Assembly (NCBI RefSeq): GCF_964204645.1
Contig: NC_134033.1
Coordinates: forward strand, 13,896,655 to 13,960,654
Direction: 5' to 3'
DNA length: 64,000 nucleotides
From: Tubulanus polymorphus
Lineage: Eukaryota; Animalia; Nemertea
Position numbers and translations under genes: made by a program
Shown: positions 1 through 13,384 of the stretch, one piece after another
Position numbering within the stretch: the stretch's first letter is position 1
Layout of the letters: the number at the start of each line of letters is the position of its first letter
Notes under the pieces: model-generated
What the model saw: only the letters and a program-made list of their open reading frames with translations
Told to the model about the DNA's origin: nothing
Databases searched by the model: none

Positions 1-681
1 GGTAAGTTTTAGTTCACCTGCACTTGACCATACGAGATTGAATAGGATTAGGTAAATAGACCTACCGGTAGGTTGAACTCCTTTATTGTCCTGGATGAGA
101 CATCTCAGAATTGGAAGACTTTGGGGTGTTGCTGCTACCTTGAGATAAGATGTGGTTCAGAGTTGGATCCAGAGGCCAATTTTTAAGGACTTTTTACATC
201 CCGAAAGGGGACTTTAATGTCCATGTCCAAAAAGGCAATATTAAGTCTAATCCCACACTGAAATGCACCAATTATCTTTTTTGACAAAATGAAAGAGGCA
301 CTCAAAAAAATTTTATAGACTATAAGAACCGTGATCTGCCCCTGTGGTTGATAAAGTGGTATTTAAGACATTATCACCAGTCTTGCATTCGTCCGCTACA
401 AGTCTCGCAGTAGTGTTATTAGAGCTCAATAGATGCCGAATTCAGTTTCGATCGCTGAATTGATTGAAATGTCGTTATTATTTGTTATAGATATTATTAT
501 GCGATACGTGTGATGCCGGATACCACACTTCCTGTCTCCGTCCTCCGGTTATGGTAATACCGGAAGCTGATTGGTTCTGTCCCGCTTGCGAACACGTTAG
601 TATTTCGTACCGCGTATGTTGTGTGATCCATCGATGTTTGGTTCTCGGTCATCGAAACTCTAAAACTCTTATCATTCACAG

Positions 682-3600
682 AAAAACCTCATCACGCAGT
701 TACAAGAGTACATCCGACATTTCGACGTGCATTATAAAGAAAAAGAGCGCATGGATCGAAGGTAATTGATTTATTTTAACCATTTAGGGACCCTGGGGCT
801 GGTTCTGATTAAACACTTATTACAAAGCCTTAGAAATGAGCATTTTCCCTGTAGTAATGTGTGGAGTTATCTATCTTGAATGTGCAGTCTGAATTTATGT
901 CAATCCCCATAAATGTTGTTGTTTCTGTTTGTAGGAAAGAGAGACTAGCCTACGTAACAATCAGTCTGGACAATGTTCTACACAATGTAAGTTTATTTAT
1001 AAAATGCGTATTGTTGAATCATATTTACGCTGTTTGCTGTCTATTACGATTAGATCAGTATTTAACCCTTTCTATTCTGTTACCTACTACTGCTGTCCTA
1101 TTTAGCTAGGTTCGGTATGAAACTATGTCTTATGTCTAACCCGTTTCTATCTGGTTTCGTTATTTATCCAGGAACGCGATGAAATCGAGCAGGTCAGGGA
1201 ACGCAAGCAACAGAAACGTCGGGAACGCGACGAACGCAAGCGCCAACGACGTCAATACTACGACTGGGACGACGAAGACGCGGAGGATGACGTCGAAGAG
1301 GAAGAAGAGGAGGTGATCTATACGCGGTCGACGCGCGAACGCAAACAAATCAATTATCGATTTGACGATTACGATCATTTGATTTACGACGCGATTAAAG
1401 ACGAAGTGGAAGAGGTGGAAGGAGTTCCACATGGTTAGTAATTGAGCGTATTTCCTTCCTTCTCCATCCCCAGTGATTACCATTTCTCCAGATTTCCAGA
1501 TTTTTCTAATTGTCAATTTATGGATAAGTTGTCAGATTAGCTATAGAACTTAAGGAGATGATCTTTGACGGTCACGGATTATAGGTAAGACCAGTCTAAG
1601 ACCAACTTAGTTCTATAGCCAATCAAACGACTTAATTTCAGTCTTGAGAATTGAGACCACTTTTGGACTGAAGCCATAACTATGGAATAAACCTCTAATA
1701 CTCTGAAAGGGCTTTAAAGAAACAAATTTTCCAAATTCCCCTTTGCACCTTTGATACTTGCCTTAAAGTAATTCCTCATTTTATCAGCACCTCTTGACTT
1801 TTGACCTATTTGAACTCTGTAAGTTTTGACTCGTCAATGATTTTTCTCCTGTTTTATGTTAAACGCGTGCAGGTCGCGGTAAAGACATCGCGAATATCGT
1901 CAACGCGTCCAAAGATTCCGACGAAGCCGAATTAGACGCCGACGAAATCAAAGCTCGACTCGGCGATGATCCCGTAGATGGCGCCACCGCCGGCGAGCAG
2001 GAAAACGACGCCGATAAAACGAGTCCGAGTAAACACGCGTACGAACACGACGATGACTACGTCGTCGACGACGAGGATGATGAAGAGGACGGAGGAGCTG
2101 GAGGAGCGCGTGCTCCTTCGCCGGTTCTAAAACGACCGACGCGTAAACGTAAAGGAGCTCGTTTAACGAATTTAGATGACGTCGATGATGACGCTGATGA
2201 TGGCGGAGAGGATTATAAAGCATCGGAGTACGTATGACTTCATTCTTCAACCTGGCAGTATGACCTGACTCTTGTCACAGCGCGAAAGCCTGTCCGACTA
2301 GTCTGTCTCAGTATGCTGGTCACCAATCAGAAGAAATTGACTCCGGTTGAGGCTAATCAGGGTTTCATTTTGTGGGAGAGTCTCATGGGATGATGTCATC
2401 AGGTTTGTCTCCCTGCTGAAGGAGGAAGTGTCTACTAGGACAGGGGTTTGTACTGGGACAGAGTCTCACGATGTCATCAGGTTTGAATCCCTGCTGATGG
2501 AGGCTGGTATGACCCTGGCCATTGAATATTCACTAGCTCTTGCCATTGTCCCGTTCTCTTATTCAGTATTTTTGCCTCCTAAATTCAGTAAAAAATGTCT
2601 CTATTTTTACTAATTTACACCCTCTTTGACTTAACAATCACCTCTTGAATAAACATCGACAGAAATGATTTCTGTTACTCATTTCAGAGATGAAGAGGAT
2701 GTAAGCGAAGAGGATATGGGTAGCATCGATGATCTGGAAGAGGAATCTGAATTGTCGGACGCATACGCCGGCTCGTCGTGGCGTAAAACGGTCACTCGAC
2801 GGCGTGGTGGCGCCGGTAAGGGCAGCAGACGGCGTGGCGGCGGTTCGGCGAAGAAGAACAGACGTTCGCGACGTTCGCTGAAAGATTTCGGTAAAATCCG
2901 TTTGTTCTAAGAAATTTCAGAAATTAAATACTGTTCATCACCATTCTACAAACTTTTCTGTTCAGAACTCCACCGGGGACAATTTATATCGAAAACGAAC
3001 AACAAACTCCAAACATTGTATATTTTATCAGCGTGCTTTCAAAAGTCACAATAAATAGTGAATGTTGTCTTAGGTTGGGATGGATCAAGACTGAATGGGT
3101 GGCTTTCTGGTCCCAGGCTGAGGTTCTAAATTCGTTGAAAATGAACTAATCTGTGGTTTAGAATTGGGTACAGATTCAGACCTGCTCTAATTAGAAATCT
3201 TTTTATTCAGGAATTCAAAAATACGGAATGCCGGATAATCGATTGTCGTTTAATATTTCAGTTGTTGAAGAAGACGATAGCGATGAATTCAGCGAGGAGA
3301 TCGTGCGCCGATCGACTCGTTCAGCCGCTCGTAAATCGGTCAACTATCAGGACGCCGGCGGTTCGGCCGATTCCGACGACAGCTACAGCGACTCGGCGAA
3401 ACAGCCGCGTAAACGAGGAGCCGTCCAATCGGACGCGAGCTTCGAGTCGGGCGAAACGACCGAGGAAAGCGACGAATACGTCGAAGAGAGCGAGGCGAGT
3501 ACCGGCGCGGGAAAAAAGGTGGCGCCGCCGAAAAAACGAAAACGCTACGACGAATCGGAAAGCGATTACGACGAGTCATCGACCGCGGCGGCGACGTCGG

Positions 3601-4337
3601 CGCCGGTGGTTGTTGAGTCGAAAACACGAACGAACGATAAAGCGCGTGCGCGTCTGCGCCAGAGAACGGCGAAGTCTCGCTCGAGTAAAACTATGTCGAC
3701 GAGCAGCAGCAGCAGCGACGAGGAGAATGAAAAGAACAAATCATCGTCGTCGGCCGCTGCGTTACCGCGTAAACGACCGGGTCGTATCGAAAGCGATGAT
3801 GACGACGACGAGGACGATGAAAGTGACGATTCAGATTCGAAAAAAGTGGACGACGGTTCGAAAACAGAAAAATCGACCGTGGCGGCAACGGCAGAAACTC
3901 AACAACTCGCCGAAAGTGAGGATACGTGTAGCAGTAGCGTAGCGGCACCGGTGCTGCCTCCTAGAGGCGAGGAAGTGAACTCGAACGATTCAAACAGTCT
4001 GCCGGCGGCGTCGACGAAATTGAACGGAAAACGCGTCGACGACGAAACGGAGAAATACAACCCGCCATCGTTACCGGTCGCGGCGACACCGGGGGCGCCA
4101 CCGTCGTCAGCTCTCAACCGCGACGGCTCGTCAGCGTTCACGATCAGTAACATTCTACATCAGCAACAGGACGCGGTGAAAACGATGGACGGTATTCCGA
4201 ATCCGGTTAACCCTATAAACCCGATACAGATCCAGCCGGTCGCGTCAGTCGTCGGTACCGAGGAGGATGAGTTAACGGGTGTGACCGATCTAATCTCGTA
4301 CGTCACCGGTTCGTCGGGTGATTTACTAAGTTTATGA
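682..4337 (+). CDS. RSF1: Remodelling and spacing factor 1 (ISWI-complex subunit), 3' part; exons 682-761, 935-986, 1172-1433, 1873-2227, 2688-2890, 3262-4337; 5' exons lie upstream of the window (donor GTAAG at position 2)
   Basis: GT-AG exons join in frame to give KEKERMDRRKERLAYVTISLDNV, RSTRERKQINYRFDDYDHLIYDAIKDE and GRGKDIANI, matching the post-PHD motifs of RSF1 (KKKERAERRKERLVYVGISIENI / RSTRTRKCISYRFDEFDEAIDEAI / GRGKDISTI), followed by an acidic/basic low-complexity tail ending VTDLISYV. Candidate AATAAA at 6489. Confidence 0.9.
2379..2510 (+). repeat. Degenerate tandem copies of the tRNA-derived SINE-like repeat (same family as 20911-21030, 40861-40970, 43690-43860)
   Basis: GATGTCATCAGGTTTGAATCCCTGCTGA and GTGTCTACTAGGACAGGGGTTTGTACTG are shared with the other copies. 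Confidence 0.65.
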
Positions 4338-4465
4338 TTGAGAATATTGGCCCCCCCCCGCCGCGCCCTGGCTAATCATCAAATCGAAATATGTCGTACA
4401 TCCTTCGGGAGTCGAAGGAAATGTGCAAAGTGCTTACTTTTGGAAGGATGAAGGATATGTCCTCA

Positions 4466-4766
4466 TTAACCCTTTCAGTGCTGACTAATTCCTGAAAATG
4501 CTGGAGTTAATTTTGAAAAAGTTAAAGAATCCCAGATCAGTGTGTTGAGCAATGAGCGTACCGCTATGGTGCGTACCGCTGCACCGTGATGCGGTGTATC
4601 AGCAATTACTTTTATGTCACTATGTTTGACAGGTGCTGCCATTTTCCAAAAGGGATGAAAAGTAATTTCTGATCACATTTATTAGTACACTGTGACGCGG
4701 TGTACTATCGAAGTCCATCGCCAATTTATACACTGCATTGCGATGTCGATACACTGAAATGGTTAA
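4466..4766. mobile_element. piggyBac-like MITE in the probable RSF1 3' UTR
   Basis: TTAA-CCCTTTCAGTG ... CACTGAAATGG-TTAA: terminal inverted repeat (1 mismatch) flanked by TTAA on both sides; no ORF. Confidence 0.6.
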
Positions 4767-7700
4767 TACTTTCCTGGTGAAATCCTGTAAGTACTTGTAC
4801 TTTTTGGACTCAAAAGATTTTTCTCCATTGAGCAAATTTATTGCGGTCTGTTATGTCTTGATGTGCGATTCGATTGCAAATGCATTTTCTTATATCATGG
4901 CTTTATCGTCGATTTTTTGGAAAAGTGCCAGAAACCCGCTTCGTATTCAGGAAAAAGTGCTGACTGAAAAAAATGCTGATCATTAAATCTCGGCGATTAA
5001 TTACCTTACCATTGTTCGGCGGTCTCTGATCTACAATCACTGAAAGTAGAGACCATGGCTTGGTTGCTTAAAACTTTGTTCAGGTTGACCACTGTATAAG
5101 TACCATACTATGGTGAGAGTTTCATTTAAACATCTCGATAACTTTTTGTATTATATCATTTCAATTTCGATTATGTTGAGATTATGATATACATGAAATT
5201 GTCAAGTGCTTCACCGTTGAGTGGGTATCGTGTCCCTGGACTCCTCGTTGGGAAGATCATGGTTCAATTATTTTAGCGTGATATGTGCTCATAAAATCAA
5301 TGACGAAATCCAATTTTTAGCTTTACAGTCGGTACTGTATATTTGATTAGCCTGTTAGTCACCCTGTTTGCAATCCTAGTAAGGCCTGTAGAAATGTAAG
5401 CATATTGCATTCACTTGCTCAAAAGTTAAGTTATAGTTAACCTGTGGCTGGCAAAGTGACAATTAAAACTGCGTTGTTACGGTATCTACTTTCCAATGGT
5501 GTACTTTAACCAACGCTTTTGAGCAAATAATTCCCGTGGGTCACAAACGTGTTGTATCAGACCCTGTTATCAGTATCCATGAAAATGAAACACGAAAATT
5601 GTTTTATACAATTTGTTTTTTATATATCTTATGTATACGTAATATGCATGTATAGCATATATATATAATATGATGTACAGCCAGAGAATTGCATTATACT
5701 GAGATTAAACCTGTTCGAACTCTTTAACTATACGTTAGAATTGTTTTAGTGTCGAGTGATTTGTTGTACATATTGATAAACGTCAACCCTTACAAGATGA
5801 GAATCTTTGTAAAATTTGCACCGATTTGGACGATTTTCCGAGTTGATCTGAACGGTGTTAGGAGTCGTCTGTAAATATTTGGGAAGGAGGAGTTAATAAT
5901 CAATCAGATTTTTACAATATTGTATATAAGTGTTGTTTACAATGTGTGCAGGTGAGCGCGGTATGCAGGAAGCCGTATGAAGGGGCTCTAAATCGGGGTG
6001 GCCAATTTCCACCCATATTTTTCCATGTAATTACACAAAATTTCCCGAGTGAATCAGAAATAACTAGGTTTGAAATGTTACAATTTGTTCATTTTTCTTT
6101 GAATCGCGTGTTAAGAAACAACGTGGTCAACAGCATTATCCGAGAACGATTTAAGAGAGGTACTTTAAGTGCCTACATCAAGACCTCTGGCCTTCATTGA
6201 CGGTAATTGTTGATATGATATGGTATGGTAAGCTTATATCCGAATTTCCGAGTTTTTGGTGAAATTTGTTAAATTTCCAGAGTTATCCTGATTTTCTCAA
6301 GATTCTTTCTGATTCCCTGAGTTTTTTCACGTCAGTGGCCATCCTGCAAACATCGTCTACATTTATCTTGGGGGGGGGGAAGGTAATTGAGGAAAATTCA
6401 GCTCTTGCGCCGAATGTCTTAATACTTAAAATGTATAGTATACATGTAAAAATCAAACTCGAAAGTGTCAGTGTTCTTTAGTGTTGTAAATAAATGAATC
6501 AAAACTACGACATATATGTGTGTATTTTATAACGCTTGAAAAGACTGATTATCGTTGTGTACAAAAGTTGTTTAAGATGATATATATCGAAAAAATGTTG
6601 AATCTCTTCGATGTCAATATCGCGTAAGATCCAAGCTCGTACGTACAATTCTCCATTTAACGACTGATTCGTGCTCTATATCGTAGTTTATTACGTATAT
6701 ATTTATTTATTTATGCTTCGTGGAAGAAGTAAAACGACGAAAATAAAGGTTAGTTATTCTATAAAAGGGCTGTGTTTTTGTTCGTTTATACGAGAAGCTA
6801 GCAAGATGCTCATCACTCAGTGTCTGTTTGTAAAGGCGATCCACATTACACCTGGAATCCTCGTTTGGACAAGATCAACTAAAATGGTGACAAATGAGGG
6901 AACATCCAAAGTCCAACATCGAAACAATATCAAAGAGAGCTGAATAGGCTATCCTTTCCAAAATTTTAAGGAAACATATTCATCGTCAAAATATAATTTT
7001 TACACTATCATATCCGGACGGTAGTTCGAACGAACCCCGGCTTTTTGAATTTTCAAACGTCGACGAACGTCGGCACATGGTCTGCATTAATTGCTAAATT
7101 AGCAAAATAAAATCGATCCATGCAAAGTTAATGGGAGCTTATCGGCCTCAGATTGCACCAGAATGCGCCTGCTTGCACGAAATTTCCAAAAAAACTTCTG
7201 TGGGAGGACCCCCAGGCCCCCTCCATTCCTAAAGACGAGACCCCCCAAAAAATCCTGGGGACGCCATGGAAAACGAATGTTGGTTTGGCATTACACTATA
7301 GTTAACTCCGATGGGCTCGTAACTCTGGGAACCGGTGATTTCTGAGACCTGCGCGAGATTCTCGGCCCCTGCCAGGATTCGACCTCGATTGAAACTCGAT
7401 ACCGACATTGTACATTTTGACAGCGCGGTTATCTGAGACACAATCAATATCAATATCAATATCAAAATGGCGTGCCGCGAAAAGCAAAAACCTCGCCTAA
7501 TTTCGAACAAAGGCAGCCTCCTTTAAGACCCCAGAAATCAGTATTTCAATATTCGGTAAGTATTCTTAACATTAGTTAAAATGGTGAAAAATATTTCATC
7601 CTAGATATTACGGGTAATCGATATTTCAGAGGTGAATCTAGGCGCACATGGTGAAAATCAGTCAAGCAAGACAAGTTGAAAAACTAAAAAGGGCTAATGA

Positions 7701-8244
7701 TGACTAATGACACTGACCAGGGCGGATCCAGGAATACGGGTCCCAAAACCTCAAGAGCTGATCACAGTCATCTAACTGATATTTCTAGACCATGGGCTTG
7801 GGTCTTGCTGTGTTGTGGGCCTGATATGTTCTTATATATATATATATGATTCTTCAGTGAATTAGTTATGCCTTTTTTAATGAATTTATTCTGTTTTTAT
7901 GCAGTATCAATTTTAATACTTTCTGTTTTCATTTGTAGATGTGTTAATAAACCATTTTATAAAGAATTGACATAAAAAACAGTGAAAACGGTGTAAGTTA
8001 ATTTCATCTTATAAATGTTTTCATCGGTTTCAGAAACGGATAATATTCATTTATTCATGTATCTTCATTACTTTCTTTTGTTTGATGTTGAACTCTGGAG
8101 GCAAAACCTAAATTATGCACTACAGATTGCAGCGAACAAGTTAATTCGTAAGTTTGAATTTTGAATTTGATAATTCCGCAGTTGTCTAAGGAAAGAAAAC
8201 AATCTTTGATTTGTCTATCATAGGTATCACTACAAAGAGAACTC

Positions 8245-8460
8245 GGATTCAGTACAGGACAACAAGGAATCAATGCTTTACAAATAAAAGACTTTCTTGG
8301 AATCAGCACAACTAGGAATCAGTGCTTTTCGTTAGATTCAATGCAGGACAAGGAATCAGTACTTTACGATCTGACTTTCTTAGATTCTGCGCAGGACATC
8401 AGGAATCACTGTTTTACAATAAGACCCTTGGATTCTGCACAGGACATCAGGATTCACTGA
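8245..8460. repeat. Degenerate ~50-bp tandem repeat (4-5 copies)
   Basis: Recurrent GATTC(A/T)G..CAGGACA.CA(A)GGAATCA motif. Confidence 0.7.
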
Positions 8461-8518
8461 ATGGAATTCAAGATAAGTTACATTTATCTCTTATTTATCG
8501 GTTGTTAATATGATTTAA

Positions 8519-8629
8519 AGGGACCAGTTTTATAGTGTATGTCATGAACCATGTTTTGAAAAACCTGGGCTTTGGGCTAAATTGTGATCAACTTAAATGT
8601 TATTTCTAATCAATATGAAACTGGTCCCT
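8519..8629. mobile_element. Short Kolobok-like MITE remnant
   Basis: TTAA-AGGGACCAGTTT ... AAACTGGTCCCT inverted ends; right-hand TTAA not intact. Confidence 0.35.
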
Positions 8630-8633
8630 GAAA

Positions 8634-8883
8634 GTCAATAACACAACTGTTATCAATCATGTTCCTTCGTCACAATCAGGTGTATCCACAATTTTGCTGT
8701 ATATTATACTGCTGTAGATTCCGGACTAATTGAACAGTTATAGATACATGTAACACTGTGTACAGATACAGAGTACAGATTACTGCATTACTTCATCCTG
8801 TGATTGAACAGTGATTTGTTCTCTCATCTTCACTATTCCCATCTGTCTAACTGAAACATTGTAACACTTCAACTCGTCTAACC
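8634..8883 (+). repeat. Left arm of a 250-bp inverted repeat (partner 13874-14123)
   Basis: Reverse complement of 13874-14123 with about 6 mismatches by manual comparison. Confidence 0.95.
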
Positions 8884-8884
8884 G

Positions 8885-9280
8885 CGGGGTTCGGGGAGGG
8901 TGGGTAGGGTTGGGGGGAGGGCAGGGGTATAGGGAGGGTGGGAGGGATGGGGTGAGGGAGGGTGGGAGGGATGGGGTCTGGGAGGGGGGAGGGATGGGGT
9001 CTGGGAGGGTGGGAGGGATGGGGTCTGGGAGGGGGGAGGTATGGGGCCTGGGAGGGCGGGAGGGTGTAGGGATGGGCTGGGGAGGATGGGTGGTGGTAGG
9101 ACTTTGGAGGGAGGGGGTGATGGGTCTAGGTGGGTGATGGTAGTGTAGGGTGTAGGTGGGTGGGGGTTTAGGCTATAGGTGGGTGGGGGTTTAGGCTATA
9201 GGTGGGTGGGGGTTTAGGGTATAGGTGGGGGGTGGTGAAGGGTTTAGGTGGGGGGTGGTGAAGGGTTTAGGTGGGTGGTA
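8885..9280 (+). repeat. G-rich minisatellites (24-bp GGGAGGGNGGGAGGGATGGGGTCT type, then a GGTGGGTGGGGGTTTAGGCTATA type); G-quadruplex-prone
   Basis: Directly visible runs of GGG with 1-3 nt spacers. Confidence 0.9.
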
Positions 9281-9480
9281 GTGTTCTGTCTGTAGGTACA
9301 GGTTTAGTCGTAGTAGTTATTTTTAGTCTTTAGTCAGGATATTTCAGAAAATGTGTCCCATTTTTATTGTATTCTAATAACCAATAGGATTAGTATAAAA
9401 CACCTTTACTTGAACATGTTGACAATTTTACAGTTGTTACGCATACGACAAGTTGTATAACCACGAGTGGATTAGTTCTA

Positions 9481-9549
9481 TTAGTTTTACTGGTTTATAG
9501 CGCGATTGCTGTCTATGAGACCCGGGTTCGATCCCCGGTGAGTGCGCAT
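9481..9549 (+). pseudogene. tRNA-derived remnant / SINE head (Asp-like)
   Basis: T-arm CCGGG-TTCGATC-CCCGG with Pol III B box, A-box-like TAGTTTTACTGG and CTGTC at the anticodon position, but no acceptor stem can be formed. Confidence 0.45.
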
Positions 9550-11126
9550 AATTTCACTGTCGAAACTTCTCTTAAAATCGTTAAGAGTTGATGATTGCCT
9601 CTGATTTTTGAACGGGCACTTGTCAATTTTTTAGAGCCGTTATTCAAGTTTGGGCACGAATGAGTAATTTACTCGAATGATTAGAAACTTAACGATCGAA
9701 ATGTAGCTTAATGAGCGATTCAATTGATTATTTACGTAATGATTACTCTTGAAAGCTGTTGGCGTACTGTACTGCTCCTTTTTGAATACGTTGCCAGCAG
9801 AAAGTTCTGTTTTACTTTCTTCTGTGCTCCTTTGAATATCATTCGAAATACTGACTGTAGTTAAAGGAGGAGGACTTTTTTCCAGATGCAGTCCAATTTC
9901 AGCGGCGGTTCAGGAGGCCACGTGGGTGCGTGTTCCCTTTTTTTGACTGAAAAATAAACAATTGATTTAATGTCGAACTACTATCTCATCATAAATTCAT
10001 TTACGATTAATAAAAAGTTTTTCCGATTTCATGTCGAATTGTTATCACGACATAAATTCGATATTTTTTCTCGTTTTTCGTAAGTTATTCTATGACGATA
10101 TAACAGGCGCGTTTATACGACGAAATTTAGACACCGGACCAAGCGTTCACTAATCATAAATGAATTTATATCGAGATATATCTCAACTGAAAATAAAATC
10201 GTTATTTCTCATAAATGATCCCCAGGATGCTTCGATAGTAATCGCTTTTATCAATTTTCAGATTTTCATTTGCCTTCGACAGTACGCGGCTTTGATATCA
10301 CTTTTTGAAGATCGATTAATATCCTTAGTAGTTCGTTATCCTATTGTTTTCACAAAAGGGGACACATTTTCTGAAATAAACTGTACAATTTATAGGTGGT
10401 ACAATGATGACTCGGATTGACAAAGACACAGACTGACTATTGCTCTATGGTATATCTAGCAACATTTATTCTATTGACATCAGTATATTTCAAGCTATGA
10501 CTTCTGGTTTTCTGAACAGAATTATTTAAAGGCACTTCGAACTGATTATACTTACCGGTATATCAGGAAATATTTTTGAACCAGATGTAGTTTTACCTTG
10601 AGTTTTCACAGTAGCCTCTTCCCACCGTTAGTAGTTCGCTTCGATAAAGCACATTTATACATCTTGGTTACGGATCTTAGAATATAGCTGTAAAGCAGCG
10701 ATAACGGGTTTCTGCCTCGCTGGATTAGATTTCGCAGATTGGTACAAAGGTTTCGTCGAAATCCGTTTATAAGAACGAACGGCTCTTTTAAGAGCGCCAC
10801 CTAGGGTCCACATACTGGAAGCACAATTATACATCTTAGTACGGATCTAAGATTACGTATTTCTGTGATGAGAATTGTTTAAGATCTTAGTGATTTATTT
10901 GTTTGAAATGCGTCAATCTTTTTTTTGTTAACTCCGTTTTGATGTAATTGCGTAATGTTGTAATTAATTGTAAATACTGTTTTTTCCTTCATAGAAATGT
11001 TTGGAGTGTAATCGATATTCGTAATCGTCGATAACAATACAATCCAATATATATTTATTGCTTTACGAGCGGGCTTTCGGACGTCCCTGCTCCTCAACTC
11101 GGCTCCACAAACAATGTATATTTCTC

Positions 11127-11257
11127 ATTCATGAAGATGAATATTAGATAATATAGTCGAAACGCAGGATAAACTGCACAAGCACAATTAGGAAACATTT
11201 TCAGACTTAATATTATTTATTCGTTTTTCGTAGTTTTTCATTGTGGGATTCTCTACG
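11127..11257 (+). mobile_element. Penelope-like element terminal remnant with degenerate minimal hammerhead ribozyme
   Basis: ATTC-aTGAAGA-TGAATA..TAGTC-GAAAC followed by the tail GGAAACATTTTCAGAC...ATTGTGGGATTCTCTAC shared with 36061-36158 and (reverse) 42426-42495. Confidence 0.5.
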
Positions 11258-12460
11258 TGTTTTAGCGATGGTTATTTTTTTTTCTCTTCATGACAGTCAG
11301 ATTGATTTGCCATTTTTCACGATCATATCAGTTTATAGGCCTATGGAAGTTATTTCATCTTCCGCAGTTAGAAGTATTAGAAATTTTATTAGGGCTCCAA
11401 TTTGTCTAGTTTATATGACGTAGCTCTTAGACATTGAATCGATGCATCCAGACTCTAATTAGTTCCTTATTTTTGACATTATTAATTATAGTAAAGATTA
11501 TGAACCCGTATAGGGTATAATCTTGAAGCGGGCCGCACACAAGCGTTAAACCCGAAACAACTACGCCGCAAGGCAATTTATCAGCGACATTGACGCCGAA
11601 AACTTTTTCCGCGCACTAGCAACAACAACAACGCAGCATCATGCGCTGCATCTGTCACTATTGAAGATCAAGTGGCCAATTAATCGATGATATGATCGCG
11701 ACGCATGCGCGTTGAAACTCTACGGCACTGACCCGCACACTAGGTGATTTTGATGCTGGCATACTTGTTGCGGCGACTTTGATGCTAGTGTTAAGCTTTA
11801 TACATGTGATCATTCGGGTGACCATGTCTGATCAATCCAAACATAGTCAGTTTTCAAAACATGCAACGCTCAATTTCGTGTGTTCGTTCAGCAGTGACCA
11901 TTTAATGGCTAAAAACTGCTCCACATGTAATGAATAAAAATTCTGAGTTAGGTTCCACCTTTGTATAGTAACTGAACCCGGACCATGAACCAAACGTAGC
12001 ATCTATGCTTATCAAACCTGGCCTATGAAACTCGCCTTCAACAAGGGCCAAGAGCCAAATTGATTCTTAAATTATCAAACCAAAGCCATGAGCTAGATTT
12101 TCCCCTCTGCGGTCACCAAATCAGAACCATGGCCCAAACTCTGCCTCTTTGGTTACCAAACCTGGGCCGTGTACCATGATTTACGTGGATTGTTAATGTT
12201 AAAATCATTTGTATACGATATTTTATACCAGCGCTGCTGCTGCTACTACTGGTTTTATTGGCAGCTGCGAGGGATTCTCTAAATCAACAAACATGTTACC
12301 GTCACTGATTTCTTGCTGCTTGTCTCTACGAGCCATATAAATGTGACATATAAATTTGATCCCAGTAGGAACTGATAAATATGATAAAATGAGAAAAGCC
12401 AATAAGAAAAAGCCATATGAAAAGAAAAAAATGGAGCGAATGTAAATGCATGAAATGCTG

Positions 12461-12655
12461 ATATGAAGAGTGGTGTCTAATAACAATTCGGAGGTTTAGT
12501 GTCCGGCTGGCCTAGATGGCGGGCAGGGGTCTATTCCTACCTCGACTCAAAACCACTGAGAAGAATATTAAGAGTGGGGTCCGAGAGCAATTCGAAGGTT
12601 TAGTGTCCTGCACGCTTAGAGGGCGGGCAGGGGTCTATTCCTACCTCGACTCAAA
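12461..12655. repeat. Two tandem copies of a ~104-bp unit
   Basis: CAATTCG.AGGTTTAGTGTCC....GGCGGGCAGGGGTCTATTCCTACCTCGACTCAAAA occurs twice, 104 bp apart. Confidence 0.9.
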
Positions 12656-13384
12656 AAAATTCACTATGTCGAAACGAAAAAAAGAGTGAAAAAGAAAAAA
12701 TGAGAAAAAATGGCAAATGATAAAATATGGCTGGAATTGTATTTGTTCCTCTGGGTTCAAGTGTAACTTAAAAAGACAACGAAACAATTGTTTTGTAGTT
12801 TATAAGCATTGATTGATAAATCTTATGAATAGGATTCCATAAACAACTTGCTCATATGAAGCCTGTAGTAGTAGTAGTAGTATAGTTGAGTATAGAAATG
12901 TCTTATCTGACTATCAACTGTCATTGGTCCAAAAGAGAATGATGACATGTTGAATTCGTGAAGCAACGTACATGTGTAGAGGTTTGGTCTGGTTCCGGTG
13001 AACCCTCCATACTTCCCTCCCTTACAACAATGTTAGTGTAGTTTCGCAGGTTTGGTTTGGTAATTTAGAAATGGACACCTCTACAACTGAATCTCGCTCC
13101 ATTTGAGTTTGAGTTTGGTTCAGGGCTCCGGTTTGGTGACCGATTGATAAAGGATTCATCTATAGAAATGAGGCCTTGTGATTTTCAACACTGTGATTAT
13201 TTTGTGAACTTGGTATTTGATCATTTGAATTCCTCCATCTCTTGAGTCTTGTGAATGATGCAATCGATTAAGCATTTCTATTTGTTAATTCAATTGATAT
13301 GATCGTGAAAAATGGCAAATCCTTTCTGATGAATTGTAGAGATGAGTGATGTCATAGGAAGAGACGAAAGAGTTGAGGACTCGA

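Noticed and set aside
3262-4153. Overlapping Arg-rich ORFs on both strands
   Set aside because: Shadows of the GC-rich last RSF1 exon.
7695-7790. Box C/D snoRNA (ATGATGA...CTGA) in the first putative lncRNA intron
   Set aside because: No terminal stem or recognisable rRNA antisense element; interrupted by a GGCGGATCCAGG repeat end.
9160-9275. Interstitial telomere (TTTAGG motifs)
   Set aside because: Motif is embedded in a longer ~23-bp unit, not tandem TTAGGG.
9481-9549. Functional tRNA-Asp
   Set aside because: Only the T arm is intact; acceptor and anticodon stems cannot be formed.
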